A DNA stretch of 64,000 nt from a virus, in the IMG/VR virus record IMGVR_UViG_3300050120_000213, positions 1-64,000 of that record; one strand, 5' to 3'. Position 1 is the stretch's first letter. Every line of letters starts with the position of its first letter. Positions 16,690 through 26,460 of the stretch are shown here, piece after piece. The notes beneath the pieces were generated by a model. It saw nothing but the letters and a program-made list of their open reading frames with translations, had not been told where the DNA came from and made no database searches. Position numbers and translations under genes: made by a program.

Positions 16690-18100
16690 GGATCATCACT
16701 CCTACATCCTTAGTGTCGGTCCAGCCTAACTGGGCGGCCACAATTTTCAACATGATCGTGCTGGGGGTGCGCCCTAATACCCGAGACTCAGTGTTCTCTA
16801 TGGTAGTCCCCATTTTGAACATTGTCTCATTTATTACCGCGTTGAGATCCAAGGTTGGCCCTGCAATTGATTGCAACCGTTCCCGATAGGTTTGGCCCAT
16901 GTCAGACGTAAGCACGTTGCGTCGTGCCTCAAAATCTGCCACCAACTCCACCAACTTATCGCCTGTGGTGACGTTCTTAGCCGGATCCGCCACATAGGCC
17001 GCCCAGTAATTTTCTTCCCAGGTTTTGAACTGCTCGTACATAAAAAAGTAGTCGTCGGCAAACTTCTTTAACAACGTATAGGCTTCGAGTTCGTTCTTGA
17101 CTCTAAACGGGTATTCTTTGCCCAAAAATGCATTCCAGGGCCGTTCATACAACACCATAGGCACGCCTGCCAACAACGTTTCCCAGGTAGACAACGAAAA
17201 ATCCTCGGTGTCTACCATGGACACCACTACGTGCTGGGTGTCTAGGTACTTCCAGAATTTCTCCCGGTCGTTTAGCTGAATGTCCATAAACGACATATCG
17301 AGCACTTCCGCCCCACCCGTCGAATTGGAGTTGGTGCTCACACTAAACTTCATAGACTTGTTCGGGCCGATGGGGTAGCTGAAATGCTTTTGAAAAAGCT
17401 CTACCACGTCATTGAAGTTGCGGCCCGAAGTCATACGCCCCACAAATCCCACGTTAAAATCAGCAGCGGTGACTGTGGGTACATTACGCATATTCAGCCG
17501 CGTCAGGCGCACCGGCACCACCTCATGGATCTTATCCAATACCTTTTTCTGCCATGCTGGCGACAACATCTCCTTCAACACCGGGCGTAGCGCGGTCTTA
17601 GTCCACTGATTATTAATCAGAGTGGCATCCACCAGCCCATACGTCGCCAACGTATCTGCCCACAAATGCTCGTGCCAAGGCACCGTATCCCTAAATGGCA
17701 GGATCGGCATTTCTTCCAGGCCGATATACAGACGCTGCCACGGCATCTTGTCGGACAGCGGGCGGGCTGCATGAACCGGAAAGTGCTTAAGCATCGGGAT
17801 GCGACTACTCACTACCACATCGACGTCCCAGGCCAGCCCGCACCACGGGTTGAGGTAGGTCCGCAACTCGTTGCGAATCATGTACAACTCGCTGAGTCGA
17901 TCCGTGGGATCGGACGGCAGATCTAGCAACGTGACGCGATCCGGGTGTCGGGAGAGAAAATCGAGATCTTCTGGCTCGCAGCGGTCTGCGGGGTAGGTCA
18001 GATAAATAAATACATCGTCGCGCCACGCGATTAACTGCTCTATCAGTTCCCAGGCAAGGTAGCTCGTGGAACATATCCGGGGCCGCTGGGTGTAAACCAC
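16682..18100 (-). CDS. Glycosyltransferase (GT-B/GT4-like)
   Basis: VGFVGRM-x3-RNF and EDFSLSTWETLLAGVPMV (E-x7-E) motifs; true start may be about 18 nt upstream. Confidence 0.7.
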   Translation of the reverse strand: MVYTQRPRICSTSYLAWELIEQLIAWRDDVFIYLTYPADRCEPEDLDFLSRHPDRVTLLDLPSDPTDRLSELYMIRNELRTYLNPWCGLAWDVDVVVSSRIPMLKHFPVHAARPLSDKMPWQRLYIGLEEMPILPFRDTVPWHEHLWADTLATYGLVDATLINNQWTKTALRPVLKEMLSPAWQKKVLDKIHEVVPVRLTRLNMRNVPTVTAADFNVGFVGRMTSGRNFNDVVELFQKHFSYPIGPNKSMKFSVSTNSNSTGGAEVLDMSFMDIQLNDREKFWKYLDTQHVVVSMVDTEDFSLSTWETLLAGVPMVLYERPWNAFLGKEYPFRVKNELEAYTLLKKFADDYFFMYEQFKTWEENYWAAYVADPAKNVTTGDKLVELVADFEARRNVLTSDMGQTYRERLQSIAGPTLDLNAVINETMFKMGTTIENTESRVLGRTPSTIMLKIVAAQLGWTDTKDVGVMIRE

Positions 18101-18105
18101 GTCGA

Positions 18106-18723
18106 TTAAGCACTTAATTTTAGGGCCTCTCTTGGGTCAATTTTACGTTTAACGATACGTTGATAAGCGGTATTGTACTTGACACCAGTTTGCTCACACC
18201 ATTCACGTAATGTCTTAGTAACCCCATCAATTGTCACCTGATGTACATTACGTCGATTTATTCCTTGTTCTATCTTGGTGGCCCAACGCACGTTCCCTGG
18301 CTCGTAATTGCCATCGTTGTTTGGAAAACGGTCTAAAGTCATGCCATCTGGCGGCGAACCTACGTCCTCAAAGAAATTCTCAAATACCATCCACCTCTCA
18401 CAAACAGTTATACCTCTCCCACCGTAATCAGAATATGCGGGGCAATTAACATCAAAACATCTCTGTTTCATGCTCATCCACGTATTATGGATTGAGGTGT
18501 GGGACATACCATGCCGGTACTGAGAATTAACAATTCCCGTTACTCGACTACACCCACAAGATTTGTGGTAGCCAGCACGTACATACTTTGCTTCAATCCA
18601 TTTCTCTGCACCACATTCACAACGACACAACCACCAAAGCCAGCCAATGCCTTTCCTATTTTCATGCTGTCTACGTTCAGACTTTATTACGGTCAATTTA
18701 CCGTACACTGTCTCTGAAATCAT
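18106..18723 (-). CDS. HNH-family homing endonuclease-like protein
   Basis: WLCRCECG, SCGC, MKQRC, YGGRGITVCERW, LDR...GNYEPGNVRWAT. Confidence 0.8.
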   Translation of the reverse strand: MISETVYGKLTVIKSERRQHENRKGIGWLWWLCRCECGAEKWIEAKYVRAGYHKSCGCSRVTGIVNSQYRHGMSHTSIHNTWMSMKQRCFDVNCPAYSDYGGRGITVCERWMVFENFFEDVGSPPDGMTLDRFPNNDGNYEPGNVRWATKIEQGINRRNVHQVTIDGVTKTLREWCEQTGVKYNTAYQRIVKRKIDPREALKLSA

Positions 18724-19796
18724 TCTGCCCTCATCCAGTGACGGATTTCCTTGCTGGTCATGCCTTCAAAGGTCTTTTCCCCTATGGGCAAGCACATATG
18801 CCCTTGCGCCCAGGCTTGGCTGTTATGCAGCGGCACCGGGTATTCAACAAAATGGGCTTTAGCCGCGCATCGAACCTGATCAGTCAAACTGTAAACTTTA
18901 CCGGTTTGCTTGAAGCCACCTTCCGCCACGACGGGGTACTTGTAGTAATTCGAATGAGTATTGACTTCACCCATCAGGCAGAGGAACCCAGCGTCTTGTA
19001 ATTGGGTTGCAGCGACTAGCCGGTTCGCCAGTACCTCGTCTAAATAATTCATCTGTACGCCCAATACAGCGGCGTCGAACTCACTCATGCGCAAGTTAAA
19101 ACCCCGCCCATACCGAATTACGCCTTGGCTATCTTTAAACTTGCCATAACTACGAAACTCTAAGGAGAATTCTGGTATAGAACATTGCCAGTCGCGCCAG
19201 ATCAATACACCCCCCTCGCCACCCGGGACTGCCTTAGTAGGGTAAAAACTGAAACATGCAGCGGTAGAGAGATCTCCTGCAGCGTGGCCTTGCGCGTTGC
19301 GCACCCCAAACACATGAGCAGCGTCCTCAATCAACACTATTCTATGCTCATCGCACCACGTTGCAATCGCCTCATAGTCTTGGGCAACCCAGCCGCCAAC
19401 GTGGGTTAAGCACACCACGGTAGCCTTGCTGGCCGTAACGGCGGCAATCATGCTATCCACGCCCATACTAGGGTCAGTAGGGGAGGAATCACAGACCACG
19501 GGAGCTAGGCCAGCCTCTACCGCCATCGCCACAGTGGCGTAAAAAGTATTGTTCTGCAGCACAATCTTGTTGTGGCCCAGAGATTGCAACCAGCTAAATA
19601 TTGTATAAAGCGCTGCACCACAGTTGCTAAAGCTAACCGCCCCAGCAGAATGGTAGTGCTCACACACTTTAATCTCGAATTCCGAGGTATGTTCACCCTC
19701 GCTGTAGCACCCGCTACGCATGATACTGTCCACCGCGCCCATCACATCATGGATCTTACGCTCGTCGTTAAGACTATCAACTATGGGGCGGTTCAT
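18720..19796 (-). CDS. DegT/DnrJ/EryC1/StrS-family PLP sugar aminotransferase
   Basis: LIEDAAH, FSFYPTK, GEGG, GFNLRMSE motifs. Confidence 0.9.
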   Translation of the reverse strand: MNRPIVDSLNDERKIHDVMGAVDSIMRSGCYSEGEHTSEFEIKVCEHYHSAGAVSFSNCGAALYTIFSWLQSLGHNKIVLQNNTFYATVAMAVEAGLAPVVCDSSPTDPSMGVDSMIAAVTASKATVVCLTHVGGWVAQDYEAIATWCDEHRIVLIEDAAHVFGVRNAQGHAAGDLSTAACFSFYPTKAVPGGEGGVLIWRDWQCSIPEFSLEFRSYGKFKDSQGVIRYGRGFNLRMSEFDAAVLGVQMNYLDEVLANRLVAATQLQDAGFLCLMGEVNTHSNYYKYPVVAEGGFKQTGKVYSLTDQVRCAAKAHFVEYPVPLHNSQAWAQGHMCLPIGEKTFEGMTSKEIRHWMRAE

Positions 19797-20797
19797 GCAA
19801 CTTTACTCCGAATCTTCTGACGTAAGAGGTCCGTAAATGCGGGGGCGCTCTTGCCGTAAAAATGCAAGGCGTTCTGTCTGTGATATTCGGGCATACGCAT
19901 GATATACCTCACCGTATTTGCAATTGATTGCACAAACGGAACTTCAGTTTTCATCCCTACGGATTCCCAGTAGCTCATATCTGCTTTGAGCATGATGTCA
20001 TCGCCTTCTCCTTCCCGCATTTTTATATGCTGAATCTCACTAAATGACTTAGTACCCAAAGACGCCAATTCGTGGTCAACAGCATTCAAAATCAATGCAC
20101 AAGCATCATTGCAACTAATGTCGTTACCACTACCAAGATCAACGACAACAGGATGCTTGCCAAGATTACGGCAGGCGTGAAGGGTAAAGCGTGACATGTC
20201 TTCCACATCAATCGGGTCAATCGTTTGATTACCACTACCATAAATTTCAAGAGGGAAGTCATAGAGGGCTAGCAGAACCATCATAGGCAAGAACTTGCGT
20301 ACTGGGTACAAATGTTGGTGTGGCCCGACGGCATTCAGCCACCGCACCGTCGCCACGTTCATGTCGTACTTGTCACGGTACAGCAGCCCCAGCAACTCCC
20401 CGGCGTGTTTGGTCAGAGTGTATGCGTTCTCCGCGTAGCCTTCGAAATGGGGCTTCGCAACGTTATACACGCGTCTAACGCCTTGGATTCGGGCAGCGTC
20501 GAGCACATTTGCGCATCCAACCACATTCGTTTCAACGGCCAAACTGACGCAGGCCAATAGCTCGCTCGTACCGAGGACTCCAGCCAAGTTATAAACTTCA
20601 TCTACGTCCTCGAAGGCGTCAATCAACGATTTTAAGTTACGGATATCGGCGTACACGTACGTGGTTTTCGGCCCTAGTGGTATGCAGGGGGCCACCAAAT
20701 CAATCAGCACGATTTCCGTATCCGGCTCTTTGCGCTGCAGATAATCAGTTAGGTTACTTCCGATGAAGCCTGTACCACCCGTTATCGCTACGCGCAT
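19793..20797 (-). CDS. NAD-dependent nucleotide-sugar epimerase/dehydratase
   Basis: ITGGTGFIGS, YNLAG, Y-x3-K (YTLTK), NAVGP. Confidence 0.9.
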   Translation of the reverse strand: MRVAITGGTGFIGSNLTDYLQRKEPDTEIVLIDLVAPCIPLGPKTTYVYADIRNLKSLIDAFEDVDEVYNLAGVLGTSELLACVSLAVETNVVGCANVLDAARIQGVRRVYNVAKPHFEGYAENAYTLTKHAGELLGLLYRDKYDMNVATVRWLNAVGPHQHLYPVRKFLPMMVLLALYDFPLEIYGSGNQTIDPIDVEDMSRFTLHACRNLGKHPVVVDLGSGNDISCNDACALILNAVDHELASLGTKSFSEIQHIKMREGEGDDIMLKADMSYWESVGMKTEVPFVQSIANTVRYIMRMPEYHRQNALHFYGKSAPAFTDLLRQKIRSKVA

Positions 20798-20805
20798 AGA
20801 ACACC

Positions 20806-21405
20806 CTATTTTTCCAATTTATACAAAGTACCGCGTTGGTGACGATTGTACAACGCCGGGTAAGAGATTCCCAGCTTTTCTGCAAGCTCTACAAGAGCTA
20901 TTTTGTCTCTTTTGAAAATAACCATAACTGTATTTCTTCTATTTCTATTTTGCTCTGTATCCGTGGCCCACCGACAGTTGTGCGGTTCGTAATTCCCATT
21001 AACATCAGGGTATCGATCTAAAGACAATCCCTCCGGTACTTCTCCCATGTCGGCTAGGAAGTTCTCGAACTTTAGCCAGCGGTCGCAAACAATTATCCCT
21101 CTGTCACCATAGTCTTTATAGGATTTGTGCTTGGAGTTGTAGCACCGTTGCTTCATGTGGTCCCAGCAAAAATATGTTGGGGTTTTACTATACCCATGCT
21201 TCATTACTCCGGTTGCCAATTCTTTTTGAAGGCAACCACAAGATCGGGTATTCCCGCTTCTTAGCCCATTTGAACGTGCTGAAATCTCAGTCCCGCAAGA
21301 GCATTTACATCTATAGCGCACCCTACCCCCGGCGCCATTAGCTACTCGATGTAACACCAAAAGACGTCCATAGGTATGCCCAGTTAAATCGATAATCTTT
21401 GTCAT
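20806..21405 (-). CDS. HNH-family homing endonuclease-like protein
   Basis: DLTG-x2-YGRL, CKCSCG, SCGC, MKQRC, GNYEPHNCRWAT; start 21405 by ATGA overlap. Confidence 0.8.
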   Translation of the reverse strand: MTKIIDLTGHTYGRLLVLHRVANGAGGRVRYRCKCSCGTEISARSNGLRSGNTRSCGCLQKELATGVMKHGYSKTPTYFCWDHMKQRCYNSKHKSYKDYGDRGIIVCDRWLKFENFLADMGEVPEGLSLDRYPDVNGNYEPHNCRWATDTEQNRNRRNTVMVIFKRDKIALVELAEKLGISYPALYNRHQRGTLYKLEK

Positions 21406-22091
21406 TTTTGCAGCCACAAAGTATAAGGCTCCGCCAGAGCCTCCCCTATAACGCTACCACATTGCATAGCATGTGCTCTAATATTTTCAGGAGAACGTGG
21501 GTGTGGGTGCGCCCTTATTTCATCCACATATGTAGCAACAGCTTTTTGTTTCACTTCCAATTGGTCCTCAGTCATCAACTCAAACCAATTTGCCCCTGTA
21601 GGGGTGCCACCATCGTGTGCGTGAGCTATTAGTACTCTTTTTACGCACCTCAAATTTGCGGGCCGCAAAGCAATTTTGCATATCCGACTTAAGTGTTCGT
21701 GATCTTGATTCAAATCTGAGGGACTAGGGATTACCACTTCATCATAGAAGCCGCCGCCCAGCGCCAACGTACCTTCGATGTGGGATAGCAGCATGTAGTG
21801 GCCGTGCTGGTATGGCTCGCCTTCTGCCAAACCCAAATACGTGGATATGATTGGGCCGTTTTTACTGTCTTTCGCCAGCACGGCTAAACTTTCTGAGAAA
21901 TTCTCCTTTTGGCGTCTCGCTAGGGCCACCGAAATGATTGAGTCGGGGTCATACTCAGGGTAAGCCCTTCCATGCACCACTAGCACCGTAACCAGCCCCT
22001 CGGGGTTTTGTAAGCGGTTCTGGATTAACCCCCCGCAAGAAAGAGCCTCGTCATCCGGGTGTGCGGCGACGATAAGTGTTTGAAAAGACAT
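21402..22091 (-). CDS. PIG-L/LmbE-family deacetylase
   Basis: AAHPDDE-x3-CGG and DLNQDH motifs. Confidence 0.85.
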   Translation of the reverse strand: MSFQTLIVAAHPDDEALSCGGLIQNRLQNPEGLVTVLVVHGRAYPEYDPDSIISVALARRQKENFSESLAVLAKDSKNGPIISTYLGLAEGEPYQHGHYMLLSHIEGTLALGGGFYDEVVIPSPSDLNQDHEHLSRICKIALRPANLRCVKRVLIAHAHDGGTPTGANWFELMTEDQLEVKQKAVATYVDEIRAHPHPRSPENIRAHAMQCGSVIGEALAEPYTLWLQK

Positions 22092-22097
22092 AGTTTT

Positions 22098-22298
22098 CTA
22101 CCCCAATGTGGCGGTCGTTTTATTGCAATTGATTGCACCCGCCGTCAACGCTTTGTGCTTCTTTAACTCTGCCAACCGTTGTTCATTACGCTGGCGTAGA
22201 GCGCGAAGTTCTTCGTTTAATGGCGTGGTGTCTTTGCTAGCTGTGACGTCACGTAAGGCTGGAAAAAATGTGAAATCTGTTTCTAGTTCTGTTCCCAT
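22098..22298 (-). CDS. Small hypothetical protein
   Basis: ORF with GGGAG RBS. Confidence 0.5.
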   Translation of the reverse strand: MGTELETDFTFFPALRDVTASKDTTPLNEELRALRQRNEQRLAELKKHKALTAGAINCNKTTATLG

Positions 22299-22318
22299 TT
22301 ATAACTCCCAGCACCCAA

Positions 22319-22582
22319 TTATCGCCACACAGGGGTGTAGTAAGCACATTCCCGTGCGCCAACTTTGGGATGCAATAATTGGCCGTGATTCCCTTTTAAT
22401 TTTACTTTTCCACTAACTGGGTCATACGACAACACTCTATACCCCTCCCCAGTTTCTCTATGTACCAACATCAATGTTTCTTTACGGGTATGCAATTCGG
22501 CCAATGCCGACAGAATCGTGTATTCAGCAGGGTCTACCGGCACTGCTACAGCTACACTTTTTTTGATAAAAACGACTGCCAT
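22319..22582 (-). CDS. Small hypothetical protein
   Basis: ORF with ATGGAG RBS. Confidence 0.6.
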   Translation of the reverse strand: MAVVFIKKSVAVAVPVDPAEYTILSALAELHTRKETLMLVHRETGEGYRVLSYDPVSGKVKLKGNHGQLLHPKVGARECAYYTPVWR

Positions 22583-22608
22583 ACTTTCTTACTCCATTAG
22601 CAGTAGGC

Positions 22609-22639
22609 AAAAAAAGGCAGAGACAGTTAGTACTCTGCC
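22609..22639 (-). terminator. Intrinsic terminator
   Basis: GGCAGAG-N10-CTCTGCC followed by T7. Confidence 0.7.
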
Positions 22640-22685
22640 CAAAAAAACCACGCGGCGAATGGGGGATAAGCCGCGCTTGATGCTC

Positions 22686-23489
22686 TTACGCTTCAGGCGT
22701 TTCCGGCATGGTGACTTGAAGATCGATCGTCGGGTACAACTCGCCAAACAACGTCAGGACCGCTTCCCAGCCGCTTTCTGCCATCGCCGCTTTGAGGTCA
22801 CCCCCCGTGCCAGCCGCGCCCATATTGCCGCTCAGATACAGCGCGCAAATGTTTTCCAGCGCCACGGTGTCGAATTCGGTCTGACATTCGCCCTTGGCCT
22901 TTGCCAACGCGTGGTTGATGGTTTCCGCCTGATCGTTCTTGACCTTGTACTTCAGGGTCACGATTTCGTCGGTGGTGGGCGTCGAGGATGCATTGTCGGG
23001 CTTGGCCTTGAGTGCGGCTTGCAACTCCAACACCGTCATAATTTCGGCCTTCGCCACCCATTCTTCGAGGTTTTCCAGCGTCAAGATCGGCGCGAGATCC
23101 TTGAGTTTGGTCCAGCCGAGATGATGGACTTTTTCCCAGGGGATCTGCTTGGTGACGAGATCTTCATAGATCTGCATCAGGTAGCGGGCCTTGCGGCTTT
23201 GGAAGCCGAATTTTTCGAACACGAACACGTCGAAGGATTCGAAACCTTCGAACCAGCTATTGTCGCTGATCACCTTCAGCACGCCGCCGAGCTTGAAGTA
23301 ATTCGCTTCAATGTTTTCGCTCAAGCTGGCCGCCAAATTCAGCGCCTTGGTCTTGTTCAGGTGTTCGATCTCGAATGCGACATCGGCAATCAGGTCGCCC
23401 GTGGCCTTGGCTTTGCCCTTGACCTTTTCTTCTTGAACCGCTTCCGGTTTCGCTTCTTGTTCTTGCACTTCGTCTTGATCTTCGCTCAT
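22686..23489 (-). CDS. Acidic helical protein, probably abundant; possible DNA-binding protein
   Basis: Strong codon bias, own promoter and terminator; ATG 23489 behind ATGGAG. Confidence 0.7.
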   Translation of the reverse strand: MSEDQDEVQEQEAKPEAVQEEKVKGKAKATGDLIADVAFEIEHLNKTKALNLAASLSENIEANYFKLGGVLKVISDNSWFEGFESFDVFVFEKFGFQSRKARYLMQIYEDLVTKQIPWEKVHHLGWTKLKDLAPILTLENLEEWVAKAEIMTVLELQAALKAKPDNASSTPTTDEIVTLKYKVKNDQAETINHALAKAKGECQTEFDTVALENICALYLSGNMGAAGTGGDLKAAMAESGWEAVLTLFGELYPTIDLQVTMPETPEA

Positions 23490-23532
23490 GTTCAACTCCA
23501 TATATTTCGTGATGTATGCGTTACGTGTATCC

Positions 23533-23560
23533 AGTATAGCGCATTCCGGGGGTTTGTCAA
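23533..23560 (-). promoter_or_regulatory. sigma70-type promoter TTGACA-N16-TATACT
   Basis: Consensus; 14-bp motif copy at 23568. Confidence 0.85.
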
Positions 23561-23595
23561 AGGGAATTGCAATTGATTGCACCCCTACCAACTTC

Positions 23596-24270
23596 CTACG
23601 ACTCCGCGTGCTCTGCGGCGGCGTCTTCCACTACGGGCGCTGTCTTGGCGTGTTTTTCAGCCAGCGCGGCAGCTTCCATCGCTTTCAACTGCTCAGCAGC
23701 GACCTTGTACGCGTCCTTGTCCGCCGAAAACAGTCCGGTCGGGTAGCCCGCTTCGAGGCGTGCGCTATAGCTTTCGAACACCACGGACGGGGTTACCGCC
23801 AATAGGTCGTACGTCAGCGGCCACAACACTTCGATCACTTGGTCGATCACCATCTTGATGGCTTCGGTGTCCCACACGCCACCGTTAAACACGCCCATGG
23901 CTTGGTACAACAGTTCCACGGACAGGCTGTTCAATTTCAGCAGCGCTTCGGTCTTGGTGTAGTGCTTCAAATGCACCTTCTTACCCGAGCCAGGGATCTT
24001 GACTTTCAAGGTCTTGGCGAGCATCACGGTGTAGTAGCTCACGCCGCCCAGCGAGGTGAAGGTGTTTTGCAGCAACGTATCGTTCAACTGCTCGCCCAGC
24101 AGGTAGGGGTTAAGCCCTTGCAACAGCCCGCCGACCTCCGTGTTGAACCCGATAATGCCGTGAAACAGGTTCGTGGTGGGACTGGTACGCGCAGTGTCCC
24201 GTAAGCCGACCTTAGCGGTCTTTACCAGCACCGTTCTAAAAACGTTACGTTTAAAAATTCCGGTGTCCAT
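23596..24270 (-). CDS. Hypothetical protein, degenerate MazG-like helical fold possible
   Basis: ATG 24270 behind GAGG; HGIIGFNTEVGGL...LGGVSYY resembles MazG but lacks the acidic ligands. Confidence 0.55.
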   Translation of the reverse strand: MDTGIFKRNVFRTVLVKTAKVGLRDTARTSPTTNLFHGIIGFNTEVGGLLQGLNPYLLGEQLNDTLLQNTFTSLGGVSYYTVMLAKTLKVKIPGSGKKVHLKHYTKTEALLKLNSLSVELLYQAMGVFNGGVWDTEAIKMVIDQVIEVLWPLTYDLLAVTPSVVFESYSARLEAGYPTGLFSADKDAYKVAAEQLKAMEAAALAEKHAKTAPVVEDAAAEHAES

Positions 24271-24304
24271 TTCTAACCTCTGCTGGTAATTGATAAGAAG
24301 GGCA

Positions 24305-24826
24305 TCATACCGCAATTTCACCCAAAGGGCCGTACCCATATGCAACACCCTTGGGGTATTTCTCTACTTCTACTGCTAACAAATGCTGGCCCATCCGTGC
24401 CAAAGCGTAAGCATCTACGATATCGTTGGACTTATTTTTAAAACCCCAGCGGGCCGCAACATATTCCGCCATCCCATCTTTGTTCATCCCTCCCTGACCA
24501 GGGCCGCCTACCCACAGCTTTAGGGTTGATGGTCGAATCATGCGCCAGGGGATACCGTGGTGGTGCAACCCTACCCGTAAAATCGTACCAATTTCAATCT
24601 GGGTGATAATTGTACTACCACTTTTCTGCAACCCCAAAGCGTATTCTTCGATAAACGCCACATCGGGCTTGCGGGCTTCTAAAAAGTGGTCGAAGTTCAC
24701 TGCAATCAATTGCAACCGCTCAAACCCCTCGATGCCTTCGATATGCAGCAGCTTCACAAAGGATTCGTCGCCATCCAGCACGGCTAGTCCGGTTTTCGTT
24801 GAAGCGTCGATCCCCAGCACCCTCAT
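24305..24826 (-). CDS. ruvC: RuvC-like Holliday junction resolvase
   Basis: MRVLGIDAS, AFIEE, PSTLK, NDIVDAYALA. Confidence 0.85.
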   Translation of the reverse strand: MRVLGIDASTKTGLAVLDGDESFVKLLHIEGIEGFERLQLIAVNFDHFLEARKPDVAFIEEYALGLQKSGSTIITQIEIGTILRVGLHHHGIPWRMIRPSTLKLWVGGPGQGGMNKDGMAEYVAARWGFKNKSNDIVDAYALARMGQHLLAVEVEKYPKGVAYGYGPLGEIAV

Positions 24827-25287
24827 ACGTGACTCCACGCTTTTCCGTACTTTATATCTGTAACTATGTAATAACCCACTCCCAATTCCTTTGCTATATG
24901 AGTCATTTTCTCTTTCTGATTAAGAAGGGCTTTTATGCGTCTAGCAGTATCCTCATTGATTATCGCGTTACCGTGAGTCTCGCCGTGGCAATGCCGCCCT
25001 TTGGTAACTGCGTCTTGGACGTTTTCTTTTTGAGTTCCCGCCAATAGATGATCTGGTCTAACACATAAAGGAGTATCACAAATGTGGCGAATAACATACC
25101 CTTCAGGAACAGGGCCATTAACAAGTGTGTAGCTGTATATATGGGCACGGATGCCTTTTCGCTTCACAGCAAACTGCCCATAACCCTTACACTGGCCTGC
25201 TGTCCATAACCAACACTCACCAGTCTTGTCTACTTTAGTCCAAAACAATTCTTCTGGGGACATACGAAGGTAAACACCGCTAGGCAT
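24823..25287 (-). CDS. HNH endonuclease
   Basis: FWTKVDK-x3-CWLW, RHICDTPLCVRPDHL-x-AGT-x2-EN. Confidence 0.85.
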   Translation of the reverse strand: MPSGVYLRMSPEELFWTKVDKTGECWLWTAGQCKGYGQFAVKRKGIRAHIYSYTLVNGPVPEGYVIRHICDTPLCVRPDHLLAGTQKENVQDAVTKGRHCHGETHGNAIINEDTARRIKALLNQKEKMTHIAKELGVGYYIVTDIKYGKAWSHV

Positions 25288-25308
25288 ACTAATCTCCCAG
25301 TACGCGCA

Positions 25309-26217
25309 TCACAACTCCAACGCCGGTTGGGTCGCCGGGTAGTTGCCGCTGAAACAGGCGGCACACTCACCACAGTTCTTGGCGTATTTGTCAGTGGGTA
25401 GTTTGCAAATACCGGACGGCATATTGATTGCCCCGCTAGGCAAACTTTCCCGAAAGACTTTTACTTGCTTCGCCATATCCAACAGGGGCTGTATCCGTTT
25501 GTCATCGCGTTTAACAATAAATTCCCTAAATGGCAAAATTTCCCCGTCGTGGTCTAGGTTTTTCTTGCCGTAACCCCGGCTCACATACACCACCCGGGCT
25601 TCGTGCAGATTAATTCGGTCCTTATACACACTGGCGCTGTCAGCAATCAGCTTCAGGTAAAGCTGGGTTCTCTGGCTGTGCTCGGGCAGCGGGGTAGTGA
25701 TTTTCTCAAAATCTTCTACCCGGATGATTTTTAACTCCGTCACCGCCACCATCAGCACGCCTAGATCGACCATGACATCGATGCTGCCCGACACGCCGTA
25801 CTGCTGTGATTCGAAGACCACTTCGGCGTATTCCCAGTTGCACATACCTTGCTTCTTACAGCCGTTGGCTGGCTTGGAACAGAAGGTCCGCTGATCGCCA
25901 CAGCTACGGCACTTCCAGTTACCAACAGCCGCATCGCCCAGCCATTCATCGGTAACCAGCTTCGCGGTCGCATTGCCGATGTCAAACGTGGTTTGAAGCG
26001 CGGTGGCAATGTACTCATCTTTTTTCTTCTTTGCCAATAAATCGAGCAATGCCCATTGACGCGGGCAAAAATTGGGCTTGGTCACGTCTGAGGCGTGCAC
26101 CACATCCCGGGAGCGCGCAGGTTGATACCCCCCAACGTGCATCTTCAATCGCGTGATGATGGACATTGTGGGGGTTGCGCTGTCTAATACTGCATTTTTA
26201 AGCCATCCGGTCGCCAA
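25309..26217 (-). CDS. Cas4-like PD-(D/E)xK exonuclease with Zn-ribbon insert
   Basis: HASD...CPR, SGSID, ELK, Q-x-QLY, C-terminal Cys cluster. Confidence 0.75.
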   Translation of the reverse strand: MATGWLKNAVLDSATPTMSIITRLKMHVGGYQPARSRDVVHASDVTKPNFCPRQWALLDLLAKKKKDEYIATALQTTFDIGNATAKLVTDEWLGDAAVGNWKCRSCGDQRTFCSKPANGCKKQGMCNWEYAEVVFESQQYGVSGSIDVMVDLGVLMVAVTELKIIRVEDFEKITTPLPEHSQRTQLYLKLIADSASVYKDRINLHEARVVYVSRGYGKKNLDHDGEILPFREFIVKRDDKRIQPLLDMAKQVKVFRESLPSGAINMPSGICKLPTDKYAKNCGECAACFSGNYPATQPALEL

Positions 26218-26228
26218 AATTCACTCCA

Positions 26229-26459
26229 TTAATGCAGCGTGCCATTATCGCGCATCACTTCAACTTCTTCGTGGTTGAGAATGTATTCAGTTAATACGGT
26301 GTTCACCGTAGGGTTATCGAGACTGCTTACATGTACCACTTTTGCGTGGGGGCCGTCTTGGGTCGCCAGCACTAGAATAAAGTCCCACGCGGGGTCCATC
26401 ACACCAGTAAGGGCTTCCACGCAAACTTGCAAATGTTTTAACGCTTGGTCCTTGTCCAT
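26229..26459 (-). CDS. Small hypothetical protein
   Basis: ATG 26459 directly after the upstream stop. Confidence 0.55.
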   Translation of the reverse strand: MDKDQALKHLQVCVEALTGVMDPAWDFILVLATQDGPHAKVVHVSSLDNPTVNTVLTEYILNHEEVEVMRDNGTLH

Positions 26460-26460
26460 A

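Noticed and set aside
25309-26217. Cas4-like nuclease as the acquisition module of the array system
   Set aside because: It sits 13 kb away among RecA and RuvC genes; solo Cas4-like exonucleases are common phage recombination proteins and nothing links it to the arrays.
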